Of a stretch of DNA of 64,000 nucleotides, positions 25,282 through 38,939 are shown piece by piece. This stretch comes from Octopus bimaculoides (lineage: Eukaryota). How positions within the stretch are numbered: position 1 is the first letter of the stretch; each line of letters starts with the position of its first letter. The notes under the pieces were generated by a model. The model was not told the DNA's origin. It saw only the letters and a list, made by a program, of their open reading frames with translations, and did no database searches. The stretch covers positions 60,333,894 to 60,397,893 of the forward strand of contig NC_068993.1 in NCBI RefSeq assembly GCF_001194135.2, read 5' to 3'. Made by a program: the position numbers and the translations under genes.

Positions 25282-26150
25282 TTTATTTATTAATTTATTA
25301 TACACAATAGTGCAGATAATTAGGGTTCGTTAATCTTTCAGTAATCCGAAGAATCCATCAATCAGTGATTAGCACTACAAACTTTTATTCAGGGATTTTT
25401 AATTATACTGATTTCCAAAGTTGGCACAAGGCCAGCAATTTCAGGAGAGGGAATAAGTCAATTACGTCGACCCCAGTGTTCAACTGGTATCTATTTTATC
25501 AACCCCAAAAGGATGAAAGGCAAAGTCTACCCCGGCATCATTTGAACTCAAAACGTAAAATTGGAAGCAATGCCACTAAGCATTTTGTTTGCCATGGTAA
25601 CAATTCTGCCACCTTTTGCCACACTGACATCCGAGTAATCAACAGGTACTTGTTTTGATAACCGTTGATTATTATAGCAATGTCTTCTGTAATTTAACAG
25701 GTATCAATTTTAGGAGAGGGACAAACAGCAATATAAATTTCGGTTCAATCTTGACTGCATCACGTAAAGGACCATATCAAAATAATGCATAGCATTTTTC
25801 CCAGTATTCTGATGTATCTGCTAATCTACTGCACACGCACACACGAGAGAGACAGAAAGGCTATGTGGGGTGGAGAATAGAAAGTGAGATAATATGAAGG
25901 TTGGAGAAAACCAAAGAAACTGACCAAAGACAAAAGAGAGAGGACAAGGGAGATTGTAGGCATGCATTCATGTTTGAGGGGCATATTTCTGTATTTAATG
26001 TGAATTCAGTATGAAAGATGCATACTAGCAATTCAAAACTACATTGTTAACTTGAACATCTATTATTAGGTGTCAGCCTCTTCCTCACACCAACTGCACC
26101 CTGGTCACTGACATGATTTAGTTTCAACACATGGTCTCTGATCAACTTAC

Positions 26151-26190
26151 TTGCGTGGCAAGTAGAAGTGTACGTAATTGGTTGAGATAG
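26151..26190 (-). CDS. Candidate exon 3 of a tentative secreted protein (SYLNQLRTLLLATQ)
   Basis: ttctttgttatctatgcAG acceptor and GTAAGT donor, 40 nt, open in phase 2 to 0; no recognised homology. Confidence 0.2.
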
Positions 26191-27248
26191 CTGCATAGAT
26201 AACAAAGAAAACAGTTTTGCTACAAAAGAGTCCCTGAACATTCCTGGTAGCATCAAAGCTACTAGGCACCAATGAAGGGAGTGGTACTGTCAAAAGGTAC
26301 CAAAACAATTGTGATCCCCAGTTGGCAGCAAATGAAGGGAATGTTGTGTAGTCCAAATGCTATATAATACTTATTTATAGTTTGAGTGTGTGTACATATG
26401 TGTGTGTGAGAGAGAGAAATGCATATGTACATCTGTGTGGTTTCATACAGGTACCTTTCTGTGGACGCTGCTGAACAACTAAGACATATTGGCATATCTA
26501 GTGATGTCCTTCATCACATGACATACTTCTGTTACAGAAATACTAAAGATCACCTGTTTGAAAATAGGGTATGGAATTATTTACATAGACACCTATAATA
26601 CAAACACACATCTTTGACATACTTATTTCACACAATGCATACAGACAGGATGTCAAAAATAGAATGCATGTATCTGAACATTATACATACATACATACAA
26701 ACATATATGTATATTTATATATATGTGTGTTTGAATTGTGTAACATATATATATATATATATACACACATACATACATACAATAGTGTACAAATGTATTC
26801 CATATAACTAAAGGTTGAGAGGGAGAGAGAGAGAGAATGTACCACAGAAAAGATAGAATATGCATTTTTGTCAGCAACATTATGAAATTTCAAAAGAACA
26901 GTGCATATTTAAGAAACATCTCTCAGACAACAGCAATCAAAACTCTGGTGTGCATATGATGCAATCTTGTTACAGTGGAACTAGTTTTACTTCCAGCCCC
27001 ACTTTGGATCTGGCCTCAGAAGAGGGCTCAATATTCTAGTAATAGGAATTAGACCACAACAAACTGGTTATCTTTTCATAGGCCTCCCGTAAACAGATTA
27101 GCCTGTTGATTCAAAATGTGGTTTTAATTTTGGTGCTAAATAAGGGCAAGATGCTTAAAGAAATTCAAACACCATGTTACAATATGCACCGAAATGCAAC
27201 TTGTCTGACTGTTGTAACCACTGCTGCTGCAATTTAACTAATTTTTAC

Positions 27249-27372
27249 CTGCACCTGCCCTTTGTGCCAATCTGAGTAATCACTGCTATGCGCTTGCCAT
27301 ATTGCACATTGGCTGCAAAGCAATGTGTTTGCAATGTGGCAGCATTGTAACAGCAATCTGGTTGAAATCTAG
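27249..27372 (-). CDS. Candidate exon 2 of a tentative secreted protein (ARFQPDCCYNAATLQTHCFAANVQYGKRIAVITQIGTKGRC)
   Basis: Long poly-T acceptor (..gttattttttttttttAG), CAG|GTAAAA donor, 124 nt, open in phase 1 to 2; no recognised homology. Confidence 0.3.
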
Positions 27373-27708
27373 CTAAAAAAAAAAAAATAACAGCAAAAAC
27401 AGGAAGTTGTGGAGGAGAACAGTTAGTGCTGAGTTTTAGAGATCTAAATCCCACTGAATGTCAGGTCAATGATTTCGTATGTTGAGTCTGATGTTGGGCT
27501 GGGATGCAGCAAAAGAGGTGCCAATAAATATTCTTGGTTGATGGTCATTGTGGAATCCTCCTTCCTAGAACACTTTCAGCAGCACATTAGCAACAACCTT
27601 GTTGCAACAAAGCATTAATCAAAATATTGCGTTGCAATCAAGTTCCACAGATGTACAACCAACATAGGTAAACATCAAGAAAAGTAACCAACTAACAAAC
27701 ACGTCCCC

Positions 27709-27739
<31 letters not shown>

Positions 27740-30700
27740 GTAATATTAATAATGGTTTCAAATTTTGTTACAAGGCCAGTAAATTTAGGGGTGGGTTAAG
27801 TTGATGATATTAACCCCAGTGCTCAACTGGTACTTATTTTATCAACCCCAAAAGAATGAATGGTAGAATCATCGTTGGCAGAATTTGAATTCAGAACATA
27901 GAGGTAGAAAAGAATTGTCAGTAATGATTTTGTTAACGATTCTGTCAGCTTGTTGCCAATGACAAGGCAGCTATACACTAACTTGTATCAATTCATACAT
28001 GCTGCAAGATCATGGCAAACTGACTAGAAACTGTTATTGAGGATCGCCAAGAAAAGAAGCATCTCTTGACTCCTAACAGATAATAATGAATCCCTCAGAG
28101 GAATGGAAAAACTACCCAAATGTAAAGAACTAGAAAGGGTTTGAAAAAGAGAAACAAGCCCTACAACAAAAGGTGGTCCTTGGTCATGTTTAAAAAACAC
28201 GACAACAACACATACATAACCAAAAATCTCAGGGCTTACACCTATACACAACACATGCATTGAAGTACCACAAGGCAAGTACATACATCACATATATTAC
28301 AAAGAGTACTTTGAATACAATGAAAAGTACAAACCAAAACACAACCCACACCCAAGGCCCACAAAGCTGCACTCATCGGGGCAGTGAAAGCACACATACA
28401 AAATTTTAAAAAAAAGCAATAAATTTACTGAAATAATACTAATATAGGGACGAGACTAGAAAATTTGTGATGACAAATTGACCCCATTTTTATTTTTTTT
28501 TTTATTAGGCCCACAAGGATGAAGGTTAATGCTGACCTTGGTGCAATTTGAACTCAGAACAAAGAACTGGAACAAACAGCACAAGGTAATTTTTCTAATA
28601 CTTTCACAATTCTACCAACACACTGCAGCACTACCTACTGAACAATAATAATAATAATAATAATAATGATGATGATTTTGACAAGACATGAGTCCTCATT
28701 TTGTTAGTAGGGTAGTCGATTTTATTTCCCCCAAAACACATGCTCATATTGACACACGTGTGTGACACTTGAGGGTCACATGATTCTACCAGCTTGCTGC
28801 CCAAATCATAATAATAATAATAACAATGATGATGATGATCCTTTTTAACATAGAGACAAGGCCAGAAATGTGTGAGGTCGGGGTTAGACAATATAGCAAC
28901 CCCAGTACTTCAATGCTACTTTATTATATTAACCACTAGAAGGATGAAAGACAAAGCCGACTTCAGCAGGATTTGAATTCAGAGTGTAAAGCATCAGAAC
29001 ATCTGTCCAATGCCTTAAGGATTCTGCAATAATAATAATAATAATTCTATAGACACATGGCCTGAAATTGTGGTGGGGAGGAGTCAAGCTGATTACATCA
29101 ATCTCAGCACCTGACTGGTCCTTATTATATACTGATCCCAAAAGGATGAAAGGCAAAGCTGACCTTAGCAGAATTTGAACTCAGAACGCCAAGACAAACA
29201 AAATGCCACCAAGCATTTCACCTGGCAACAATTCTGCCAGTTTTTGCTGTCTTAGAAATAATTATAATAATAATGTATCTAACACACTTGAAATTTGGTG
29301 CAGCGGTGTTAATTAAATGTAACCCAGCGTATAACTGGTACTTCATTTTGGAGATGATGACAAAACTTCTATCAGTTTCAATGTTCAGCAGTTGACATGT
29401 TCAATCAACTGAACTCCCAACTTGTTAAATTAATGTCAAACTGGTTGAGTATTCCACAGGCATCTATACTCTCTATGAAATCCTCAAGCAGAAAGAACAT
29501 AATACAGTGTTTCACCTGGTCAGCTGTTTGCATTACAGGTACAATTTGTTGCTGCAATGCACCTATCAGTACTCATAACCCAATTAATGGCAACCAATTT
29601 CACTCGGGAAACCAGATTGACCTGAGCCTAAGGTCAGAAGACTCTTACTCCAAATTCCACAAAGTGGAATTGAACCTGGAACCTGATGATTGAGAGGTGA
29701 CTTTCTTAACTGCTTGGCTATGCCTGCATTTCACTGATTTATTTTGCTGACCCTTGCCACTCCTTGAAGAACAGAAGGAAAAGTTGACCTCAGCAGGATT
29801 TGAACTCGGAACGCAATAAGGTTCCTTAAATGATTTCTAATATTGGCACAGGGCTATAAACTTGACAAGAGGTCTGAGGGGCACAGGTGATTCAATTGAC
29901 CCCTTCACAATTGTGGTACTTATTTTATCAACCCTCAACGCTGACCCCCAATGGGATTAGAACTGGGTAATGGGACATACCTAAATACCACATGGCACTT
30001 TTTCCACCATATTTTCGATTCTGCTGCTTCATTCCTCACCCCACCCACCCCTTCGCAAGGACACCGGATGACAGGTCAGTGATAACTAACATAGACACAA
30101 AACCTTAAATTTTTCATTCCCAATTATTTATATATTTTATTTTTATTTTATTTATTTTTATTTATTTTTTTTTTAGTGGTGGTGCAGAAATTTTTGATTA
30201 TATCAAATGAATTCCTTGGTACTCTATCTTCTTGGTACTCTATTTCTTTGACCCTTGGAAGGATGAACGGCAAAGTTAACTTCAGTAGGATTTGATCTCG
30301 GGATATAGAGGACCATAACACTAGCACAAGGCAGTCTGTTTGCCACTCTACCAATTGATTTTTGCCTGCATCCTAATAATAATAATAATAATAACAATAA
30401 TAATAATGGCCTTTACCATTGGCACACAACCACATTTTCGGAGATGGGGCAGAAAAGGGGAGGGGGTTAGTATTCAATTAAAATACCCTTCCCCTAATAT
30501 TGTACTGGTATTTATAATTGATAACAACAACAATTACAATAAAAACAACAATAATTACAATAACAACAACAAAGTGGCAGGACTTAACGAGAAGGGATTT
30601 AATTATTTAATTATTTTGTGGGTTTAAAAATTTTCTTTTTGTGTTCTTAAAGGGTTTCTCAGTTTCTCTTGGGGGGATGGAAGAGGTGGATAAACAACGG

Positions 30701-30925
30701 TGGAGGTGGGGGTTGCATTTTTCTGTCAAATGGGTGTTTGTCTGGGTGAGGTAGGGGGTTAGGGTAGGTGGTCATATTTAGATTTTTGCTGGTTGTGGGC
30801 ATGGGTTAGAATTTAGGGAGGAGATAGGGGAAGGGGAAGATGAAGGAAGAGGAAAAGAGTAAGGTAACAATGATAGGAGGAGGAATTAGATATAAAGTGA
30901 GACTGAGAGGAAAAAAGTAGTGTAT

Positions 30926-30968
<43 letters not shown>

Positions 30969-31348
30969 CATATATATATATGTGTGTGTGTGTGTGTATG
31001 TGCATGCGCGTGTGTAATGAAAAAACAATTTTGTTTGTCTCAAGTCTACAGGCCCATTAACCTGGAGCTTCTGCCATCTTCCATGGCATGTCAGCAACTA
31101 TGAGTCCAAGTCTGCCCACCACAATGGGACACCTGTCTAACCCAGGGGCAACATTTTCAGCTGAGTGGACTGAAGTAACATGAAATGCAGAACTTTGCTC
31201 AAGAACACATGCAAACTGCTCTGAGAATTGAACCCACAACTCATGTGCACATGTGTACATGAATGTGTAACATTACAAGGGCAAATTACAAGTTACTATA
31301 AAACTGCAATAGAAGTACCTAAGAGTATGTTCATATCTTGGTTTCCTA

Positions 31349-31385
<37 letters not shown>

Positions 31386-31734
31386 ATATATGTATATGTA
31401 TCAATATATGCATGTGTACATGTGTGTTTGCATTTTCTATTTCTGCTTTTCAACATGTCTATCCTCTTGTAGCAATGGAGGAAAAAGGACACAATAAATT
31501 TCAAGTAGCAGTGGTGAGAAGTCAGGACTTCACCTATCAATCCAGGTGTGTGTGTGTGTGTGTTTATTAAATGAAACAAAACACCTGTTGTTGGACTCAA
31601 TGTTTGAAAGGAAAATGTTCACATGCAATATTAATAATCTGAGTACTTTAATCTGACTGTTTTATGTTCCCTTAAAACAGGTAACGCCTGGATATATGCA
31701 TACACACACACACACACACACACGTATGTATGTG

Positions 31735-31776
<42 letters not shown>

Positions 31777-31878
31777 TATGTGTGTGAAATATATATATAT
31801 ATATGAATACATGTTTGTGTGTCTGTCCACATATGTACACATATACATGCATACATATTTGTGTGTGTATGTGTGTGC

Positions 31879-31910
<32 letters not shown>

Positions 31911-31922
<12 letters not shown>

Positions 31923-32554
31923 ATGTACACATACACATATACTTATATACGAAAGAAACCTTGTTTCAGATATGTTCACTTTACCTTCCACTTCATTAGA
32001 CTTGTCAAATCCTACACACTTCTAACTCTACATTGCGTTCTGCTCAAAAGAAACAAGTACTATATACATATATATATATATATATATACATACATACATA
32101 GTTCACACCACATCACACCACCCCACACACACTAGCACTGACCACTTCCCACCACCCACACCATCATCCACACACCTACACATGCGCACACGTCAAGGTC
32201 ACAAGCCCCCATTCACACGCACATACACACCTTCATTTTGGGATCACCACTACTTTATTATCTCCCCTTCTTCCTAGCTCTCCTGTGTAACCCCTCTGTC
32301 CAGCATTCGCCATGATAGATTGCTAGCCACTAAACATTTTTCTATTTTCTCTCCCTGTTTATTTATGTGTTCCTTTCTGCTGAAGAGCATAGGCTCGAAA
32401 CCTAAAAGACGTTTCTTTTGAGCAGAACGCAATGTAGAGTTAGAAGTGTGTAGGATTTCACAAGTCTAATGAAGTGGAAGGTAAGGTGAACATATCTAAA
32501 CCAAGGTTTCTTTCGTATATAAGTATATGTGTATGTGTACATACAAATACATAT
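31911..32554. repeat. Inverted duplication: arms about 31911-32054 and 32411-32554
   Basis: Arms are reverse complements with about 4-5 mismatches in 144 bp; also visible as near-identical ORF text (HILIYERNL..DMFTLPSTSLDL) on opposite strands. Confidence 0.9.
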
Positions 32555-33175
32555 ATACACACACAAACATAAATATGTATATACATATATATTATTTCAT
32601 GAATATTTGTGGTGTGTTGTGTACATGTGTGTGTCTGTTTGGAATCATGGTATGAGAGTGCATTATAGGTGATGTTTGTATAGCGTGTGTGTGCATGTCT
32701 ATGCATCACATGCATATGCATATGTGAAAGAGTAATATGTAAATTACTAGTTAATATAAAACTGCAAATATGCAGCAGTAAATGTGCGACAAAATGCATT
32801 ATAGAATGCACATAGGCATTCATTGCATGTCATGACACATAACAGCAGCCTCACAAAAGGGTGGGGTTCCCACATGCATCATCTGCTGTTAAGAAATGCA
32901 ACAGATGCATTACACATGCACACAAATATGAATAACGGAAATTCATGCACACACGAATATGCGTAACACTCTACACAAACATTTACATAGAAATGTTCTT
33001 AATATGTAGACACATACATACTTACACATGTACAAACGCTCTTGCAAAAATATATATTTACGTATACACATACATACACACGTATGGATACATAAGTATA
33101 TCAGCATATGTTTCAATGTATGTATACATCTGTTTGTGTTTTTATGTATATATATGGTTTACCTTTTTAAATTAC

Positions 33176-33245
33176 CTGCTGCCGTATACCTTATACAAAG
33201 GACCATACTTACTGAGGTAATTACCAGGAGTGCCTTTGGATACAT
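33176..33245 (-). CDS. Candidate signal-peptide exon (MYPKALLVITSVSMVLCIRYTAA)
   Basis: ATG, basic n-region, about 14-aa hydrophobic core, T-A-A cleavage-type site, phase-1 AG|GTAATT donor. Confidence 0.3.
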
Positions 33246-33443
33246 CCATCCCTTAGAGGGCTTAAACCCCTCTAATGTATACCTTACATATATATATATG
33301 TATATATTCTTCCATAGCAGCCAACTCTGAAGAGTACAAGGTTAATAATTGGGCCTTTACTTAACATCCAATTGAACCCACTAGTGCAAAACTGATCGCT
33401 AAGATCAGACACAATGGATGTATAAAACAGTACACTTTGATTA

Positions 33444-33490
<47 letters not shown>

Positions 33491-33757
33491 TGTGTTTGTG
33501 TACAGATATATACTTAAATGAACAAACAAGCAAAAAAAGGAAACAAACATGATCTCACATGTGTATATATGTGCATATATATATATATATGCATATGCAT
33601 AGAGACACGCATGTATGTATGTATGTATGACCATTATCGTCCTCATTTCATGCACTCTTAAAATGCCAAAATGTGCTGGACAGGTCATCTTGGTCGGAAT
33701 CTGTTCATATTTGGAGTTACTTCTCTCCAAGACCAATTAGATACCCACATCTCATTT

Positions 33758-33797
<40 letters not shown>

Positions 33798-35598
33798 GTA
33801 TGTGTATTTGTATATATATATATATACATATGTCTGTGTGTATGTATATATATATATATGTATGTGTGTATATATATATGTGTGTGTATGTGTATATATA
33901 TGTGTGTGTGCATGTGTTATATGCATACATACACATGTGCTTAAATACATGCAGACATTGAGACACATACAAAATACATGTCATACACACATGCACATAC
34001 TCATGCATACAAATTAAAAAATAACAAACAAACCAACCAACACCGAAATATATGGAATAATGGCATTTTGGGATATTTTTTTTCTTCGGGGGAAGAAATC
34101 TTTCGATGAAACTGTAATCGTTATAACATTATCATCAACATCATTATAATTATTATTATTATAATTATTATTCATTTTTATCATATTTTCTTCGTATAAC
34201 ATTTGTTTCCTTGTAGCTTTTCTTGTATCATTTTTGTTAGTTTTTTTTTTCTTTTTTGTGTTTTTCTTAAACAGTAAAGAAATGGTCAATGTTTAAATGG
34301 CAACACCACATTGGTCTTGGGTCTGGTCACTAGGTCCTTGCAGACCACACAGACACACACACTAAAATACACACACACATGTAACACACCAAAATATACA
34401 CACATAACATACTAGCTGTGGCCCTGTGACAAGTGTATGTGCGTGTGTAGGGGAGGGGCACAGATTTTTAGATTGAAGGGTCCAAAATGTTAGACCAAGA
34501 AAGAGATAAGGAGAGAGAGAGATAGAGAAAGAGAGGGAGGAATGGTCAGAGAAGAGGGATGTGTAGGGGGTGCAGTATTGGTGTCGGTGGTAGGGGCAGA
34601 ACGCCGAAACAGTCCTAAAGTCTTTCAGTTCAACTTGACTGAGGTCAGACAAGATGTTTTGATGTTGTTACTGTTGTTTCTTATTGGGGGGTGTGGGGGT
34701 GGAAGATAAGGGTGGAGGATGGCAGGTGCATATATGGAGTGGGATGGGGGCGTGGATAATTATTTNNNNNNNNNNNNNNNNNNNNNNNNNNNNNNNNNNN
34801 NNNNNNNNNNNNNNNNNNNNNNNNNNNNNNNNNNNNNNNNNNNNNNNNNNNNNNNNNNNNNNNNNNNNNNNNNNNNNNNNNNNNNNNNNNNNNNNNNNNN
34901 NNNNNNNNNNNNNNNNNNNNNNNNNNNNNNNNNNNNNNNNNNNNNNNNNNNNNNNNNNNNNNNNNNNNNNNNNNNNNNNNNNNNNNNNNNNNNNNNNNNN
35001 NNNNNNNNNNNNNNNNNNNNNNNNNNNNNNNNNNNNNNNNNNNNNNNNNNNNNNNNNNNNNNNNNNNNNNNNNNNNNNNNNNNNNNNNNNNNNNNNNNNN
35101 NNNNNNNNNNNNNNNNNNNNNNNNNNNNNNNNNNNNNNNNNNNNNNNNNNNNNNNNNNNNNNNNNNNNNNNNNNNNNNNNNNNNNNNNNNNNNNNNNNNN
35201 NNNNNNNNNNNNNNNNNNNNNNNNNNNNNNNNNNNNNNNNNNNNNNNNNNNNNNNNNNNNNNNNNNNNNNNNNNNNNNNNNNNNNNNNNNNNNNNNNNNN
35301 NNNNNNNNNNNNNNNNNNNNNNNNNNNNNNNNNNNNNNNNNNNNNNNNNNNNNNNNNNNNNNNNNNNNNNNNNNNNNNNNNNNNNNNNNNNNNNNNNNNN
35401 NNNNNNNNNNNNNNNNNNNNNNNNNNNNNNNNNNNNNNNNNNNNNNNNNNNNNNNNNNNNNNNNNNNNNNNNNNNNNNNNNNNNNNNNNNNNNNNNNNNN
35501 NNNNNNNNNNNNNNNNNNNNNNNNNNNNNNNNNNNNNNNNNNNNNNNNNNNNNNNNNNNNNNNNNNNNNNNNNNNNNNNNNNNNNNNNNNNNNNNNNA

Positions 35599-35820
35599 TG
35601 CCAACCACTCCGAGAGTGTAGTGGGTGCTTTTATGTGCCACTGGCATGAGGGCCAGTCAGGCAGTTCTGGCAACGACCATGCTTAAAAGGTGTTTTTTTT
35701 ATGTGCTACCTGCATGGGAGCCAGTCCAGCGGCACTGCCAACAACCACGCTCAAATGTTTTTCACGTGCCACCGGAACATGTGCCGGTAAGGCGACACTG
35801 GCAACGAGCACACTCAAATT
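35599..35820 (-). mobile_element. SINE family C (RTE-like tail) fragment
   Basis: Reverse complement of ggcacataaaagcacccactacactctcggagtggttggc; matches 51459 and 58514 copies. Confidence 0.75.
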
Positions 35821-36674
35821 GATAAAATAGAATAAATGATATAATTTAAATAATGCGTAACAGAAATGCAAAAGAGGGCAACAATATCAAATTCTCTCCT
35901 TCACCAAAAGCCAGTCACTAAAGAACGGCTATTGAAAAGGTGATAATATTAGTGATGCCCCAGCAAGGCCACAGCCTTTGAGCTGAAACGCATGTACATA
36001 TTATATAAGTAACGATCCAGCAATAGCTGTATACCTGCACATCTTCAGGTGAGTAGATGTATAATATTTATATAATAATATGTGAACCAACTGAAGGGTA
36101 GATTTCAATCCCAGAATTATCCTGATTCCAAACGGGTATAAACATGCCTATGCAGAGATACAGGGGTCCCGGACGGGCAGAATTTTATGTTTATTATTAT
36201 AGATATATATAGGTACATTGCAAAACATCTCCACCACAATCTCTCTCATTCTATATTTCTCTCTAACTCTTTCTCTCCTTTCTTTTCCAACTGGGGTAAT
36301 TTTGGAGAAGGGGCTAGTTGACCCTGGTGTTCAGATAGTATGTATTTCATCAACCCTGAGAGGATGAAAGGTAAAGTTAACCTCAGCAGAATTTGAACTC
36401 AGAATGTAAAGATGGACAAAACACCATTGAAGTATTTTGCCCTATGTGCTGCCTTATAATAATAATAAGACAAAGATTGGTGCAAGTGTGAAGGTAGAAC
36501 ACCTACAAAAATGAGCATTGCTTGGAACTGCAAGAATTCTTTGCAGGGTCCTTGAAGCATGACCAGTAAACAAGGGTCACCATAGTCTGCTGGCTGTGGA
36601 CAGCTGACACTTTCCATCATACCCAGTAAAATAAGCTGAGAGTTTTCATATAATAATAATAATAATAATAATAC

Positions 36675-36821
36675 CTGCTGCCTGTTCATATCTTGTAAAT
36701 GTATTTACTCCATATAACGTAGATTTCCAGTGGTCTTGACATTTGTCAATGGACTGCCACAGAATCCATGTTATCTCCAGTGTGTCCATTTGTTCCAATG
36801 CACATGTGGAATGGCACTGAC
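36675..36821 (-). CDS. Avidin-family gene, exon F (domain 2 C-terminal part)
   Basis: cttacAG|GT CAG TGC...GCA G|GTatt, 147 nt; GQCHSTCALEQMDTLEITWILWQSIDKCQDHWKSTLYGVNTFTRYEQAA aligns to avidin GQC...TMWLL...DDWKATRVGINIFTR. Confidence 0.9.
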
Positions 36822-37954
36822 CTGTAAGGGAGACCAAGAAAGAGAGGATCTGTTAGAACAAAAATAACAAGAACTCGTACAAATTTCCCTAAAATAATAT
36901 TCTGATTGTCACATTATGTGTTCAAGTGTTATACCATAAACAACCTTAACTATAGAACTGAAGACAAAAATCATTAATAGAACAATGTTGAGAAGCACAG
37001 GCAAGAAATTGCCTTCACAACCCTGTGGTTCCATTCAATACAAGTATTCAATACATAACAGTGGTGCCATTCCAAATTTGTGGTCTGTTGCATCTATTTT
37101 AGAAATCAATATTATTAACAAGTAATAACTAATTAATCACATATATTTGTAATTCATATATTTCAAATACAAACAAGACATTTAAGCAAGATCTTTCTCT
37201 CTTTTGTTTTATGTAAAGAGGACCAAAATCTGTGGATTCTTTTCAATTGTTGAAGGATTAAAGTGTGTGTGTGAGGCCCCACTGCTAGACAACTGGTGTT
37301 GCCTTGTTTACATCCTGTCATTTTGCAGTTTGAGCGAAAGAGACTGGCTTAAAAATGAATACAGAAGCCAATCTTGATCGACTAAACTCTTTAAGGCATT
37401 GCCCCAGCATGGCCACAGGCCAACGATTAAAATACAGATAAGTAGTATTCAATGTACAGTATTCAGAGGCAACAATTTGCAAGCTGTAAGTCCTTGTTAT
37501 ACATTTGCCACCTTGTTATCTATTAGTTTTCACTTTACACCAAAAAGCGCATAATCTTAACGAAAGCAGACAACCAATCTAGATTTTATTGCAACCGTAC
37601 AATAAAAGGGAAGATTTAACATATTTGACAAATCATATTACATCCTTTTAGTATCAGAGAAAAGTTCCTATGGCCCCACTTCATCCTCCTTCTCAATCCA
37701 TTAAAGCAGGGGTTCCCAACGTTTTCACTACAAAGGACTCCTTTTATTTAAATGAGTTTTCCTACAGACCCCAGGACATTGAGAAGTCTATCAGCTTAAC
37801 ATGTTCACAGACCCCTACCAGTACTACCATTGCAGACTGCCAGGGGTCCACAGGTCACAGGTTCAGAACCACCGCATTAAGATATGCTAAAGCTCAGTCA
37901 GTCAATAAATGAAATATTAAGAGTTTTTTTACATTCGACAGATATTTCTCCTCA

Positions 37955-38333
37955 TCCTGGAAAGTTACGAGGATTCCCTGGAAAATTCCGAGAATTTCCT
38001 GGAAATATCCGATGATGAGCAACTTCCTGGAAAGTTCCGAGGATTTCCTGGACAGATCCGAGTATGAGTTACTTCGTAGAAAGTTCCAAGGATAGTACTT
38101 CCTGGAAAGTTCCGATGATTTCCTGGAAGTATCCAAGGATGAGCTACTTCCAGGAAAGTCCGAGGATGGTATTTCCAGGAAAGTTCCCAGGGTTTCCTGG
38201 GAAAATTCGAGAACTTCCTGGAAAGATCTGAGGATGAGCTACTTCCTGCAAAGATCTGAGGATGAGCTACTTCCTGCAAAGATCTGAGGACTTCCTGGAA
38301 AGTGCCATGGATTTCCTGGAAATATCCGAGGAT
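37955..38333. repeat. Intronic minisatellite, units about 21 bp (TTCCTGGAAAGTTCCGAGGAT) and 28 bp (TTCCTGGAAAGATCTGAGGATGAGCTAC)
   Basis: Direct inspection of recurring ttcc(t/a)ggaaag..ccgaggat units. Confidence 0.9.
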
Positions 38334-38494
38334 AAGCGGGGAATAAGTCCTGGGATCAATTTGTGTTGCTCCAGTATGGCCACAGTCTAATGACTGAAAC
38401 AATCAAAAGATACAAATATGGTCAATAGCAGATCCCTGCAAACCTCTGGAGCCCCTGAGCCTCACATCTATTAACCAATGTTTACTGCATATAA

Positions 38495-38690
38495 GACAGC
38501 AAATTGGCAGGAACATTAGCATGCTGGGCGAAATGCTTAGCGGTATTTTGTCTGTCTTTAAATTCAGAGTTCAAATTCCACCGAGGTCAACTTCGCTTTT
38601 CATCCTTTTGTGGTCGATAAATTAAGTACCAGTTGTGTACTGGACCCTCCCCAAAAATTTCAGGCCTTGTGCCTAAAGTAGAAAAGAATA
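38495..38690 (+). mobile_element. SINE family B copy
   Basis: aaattggcaggaacattagcatgctgggcgaaatgcttagcggt...gagttcaaattccaccgaggtcaac. Confidence 0.8.
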
Positions 38691-38738
38691 TTTAGTGTGT
38701 ATACTAACCTGTATTTAATGTATTAAGTGTTTACTCAC

Positions 38739-38888
38739 CTACAAATCCAGTTACTGATTCACCATTTCTCCACACTACATGGAATCCAAATGTTGAGTTT
38801 GGTTCATGGAAATTAGCGATGCCATGGACGAGAGAGTGAGTATTTCCTGCAGCTCCTGGACTTCGTTCCACGGCAGTTCGGAACTCAC
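38739..38888 (-). CDS. Avidin-family gene, exon E (domain 2 middle)
   Basis: tatttattttAG|GT GAG TTC...GTA G|GTGAGT, 150 nt; GEFRTAVERSPGAAGNTHSLVHGIANFHEPNSTFGFHVVWRNGESVTGFV aligns to avidin GTYITAV...PTFGFTVNWKFSESTTVFTG. Confidence 0.92.
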
Positions 38889-38898
38889 CTAAAATAAA

Positions 38899-38939
<41 letters not shown>

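Noticed and set aside
29460-31545. Plus-strand exon-like segments (GIYTLYEILKQKEH..; AMEEKGHNKFQV..)
   Set aside because: AG/GT-bounded open segments occur by chance; no homology or consistent chain.
37955-38333. CRISPR-like array interpretation
   Set aside because: No unique spacers, no cas genes, eukaryotic context; it is a plain minisatellite.
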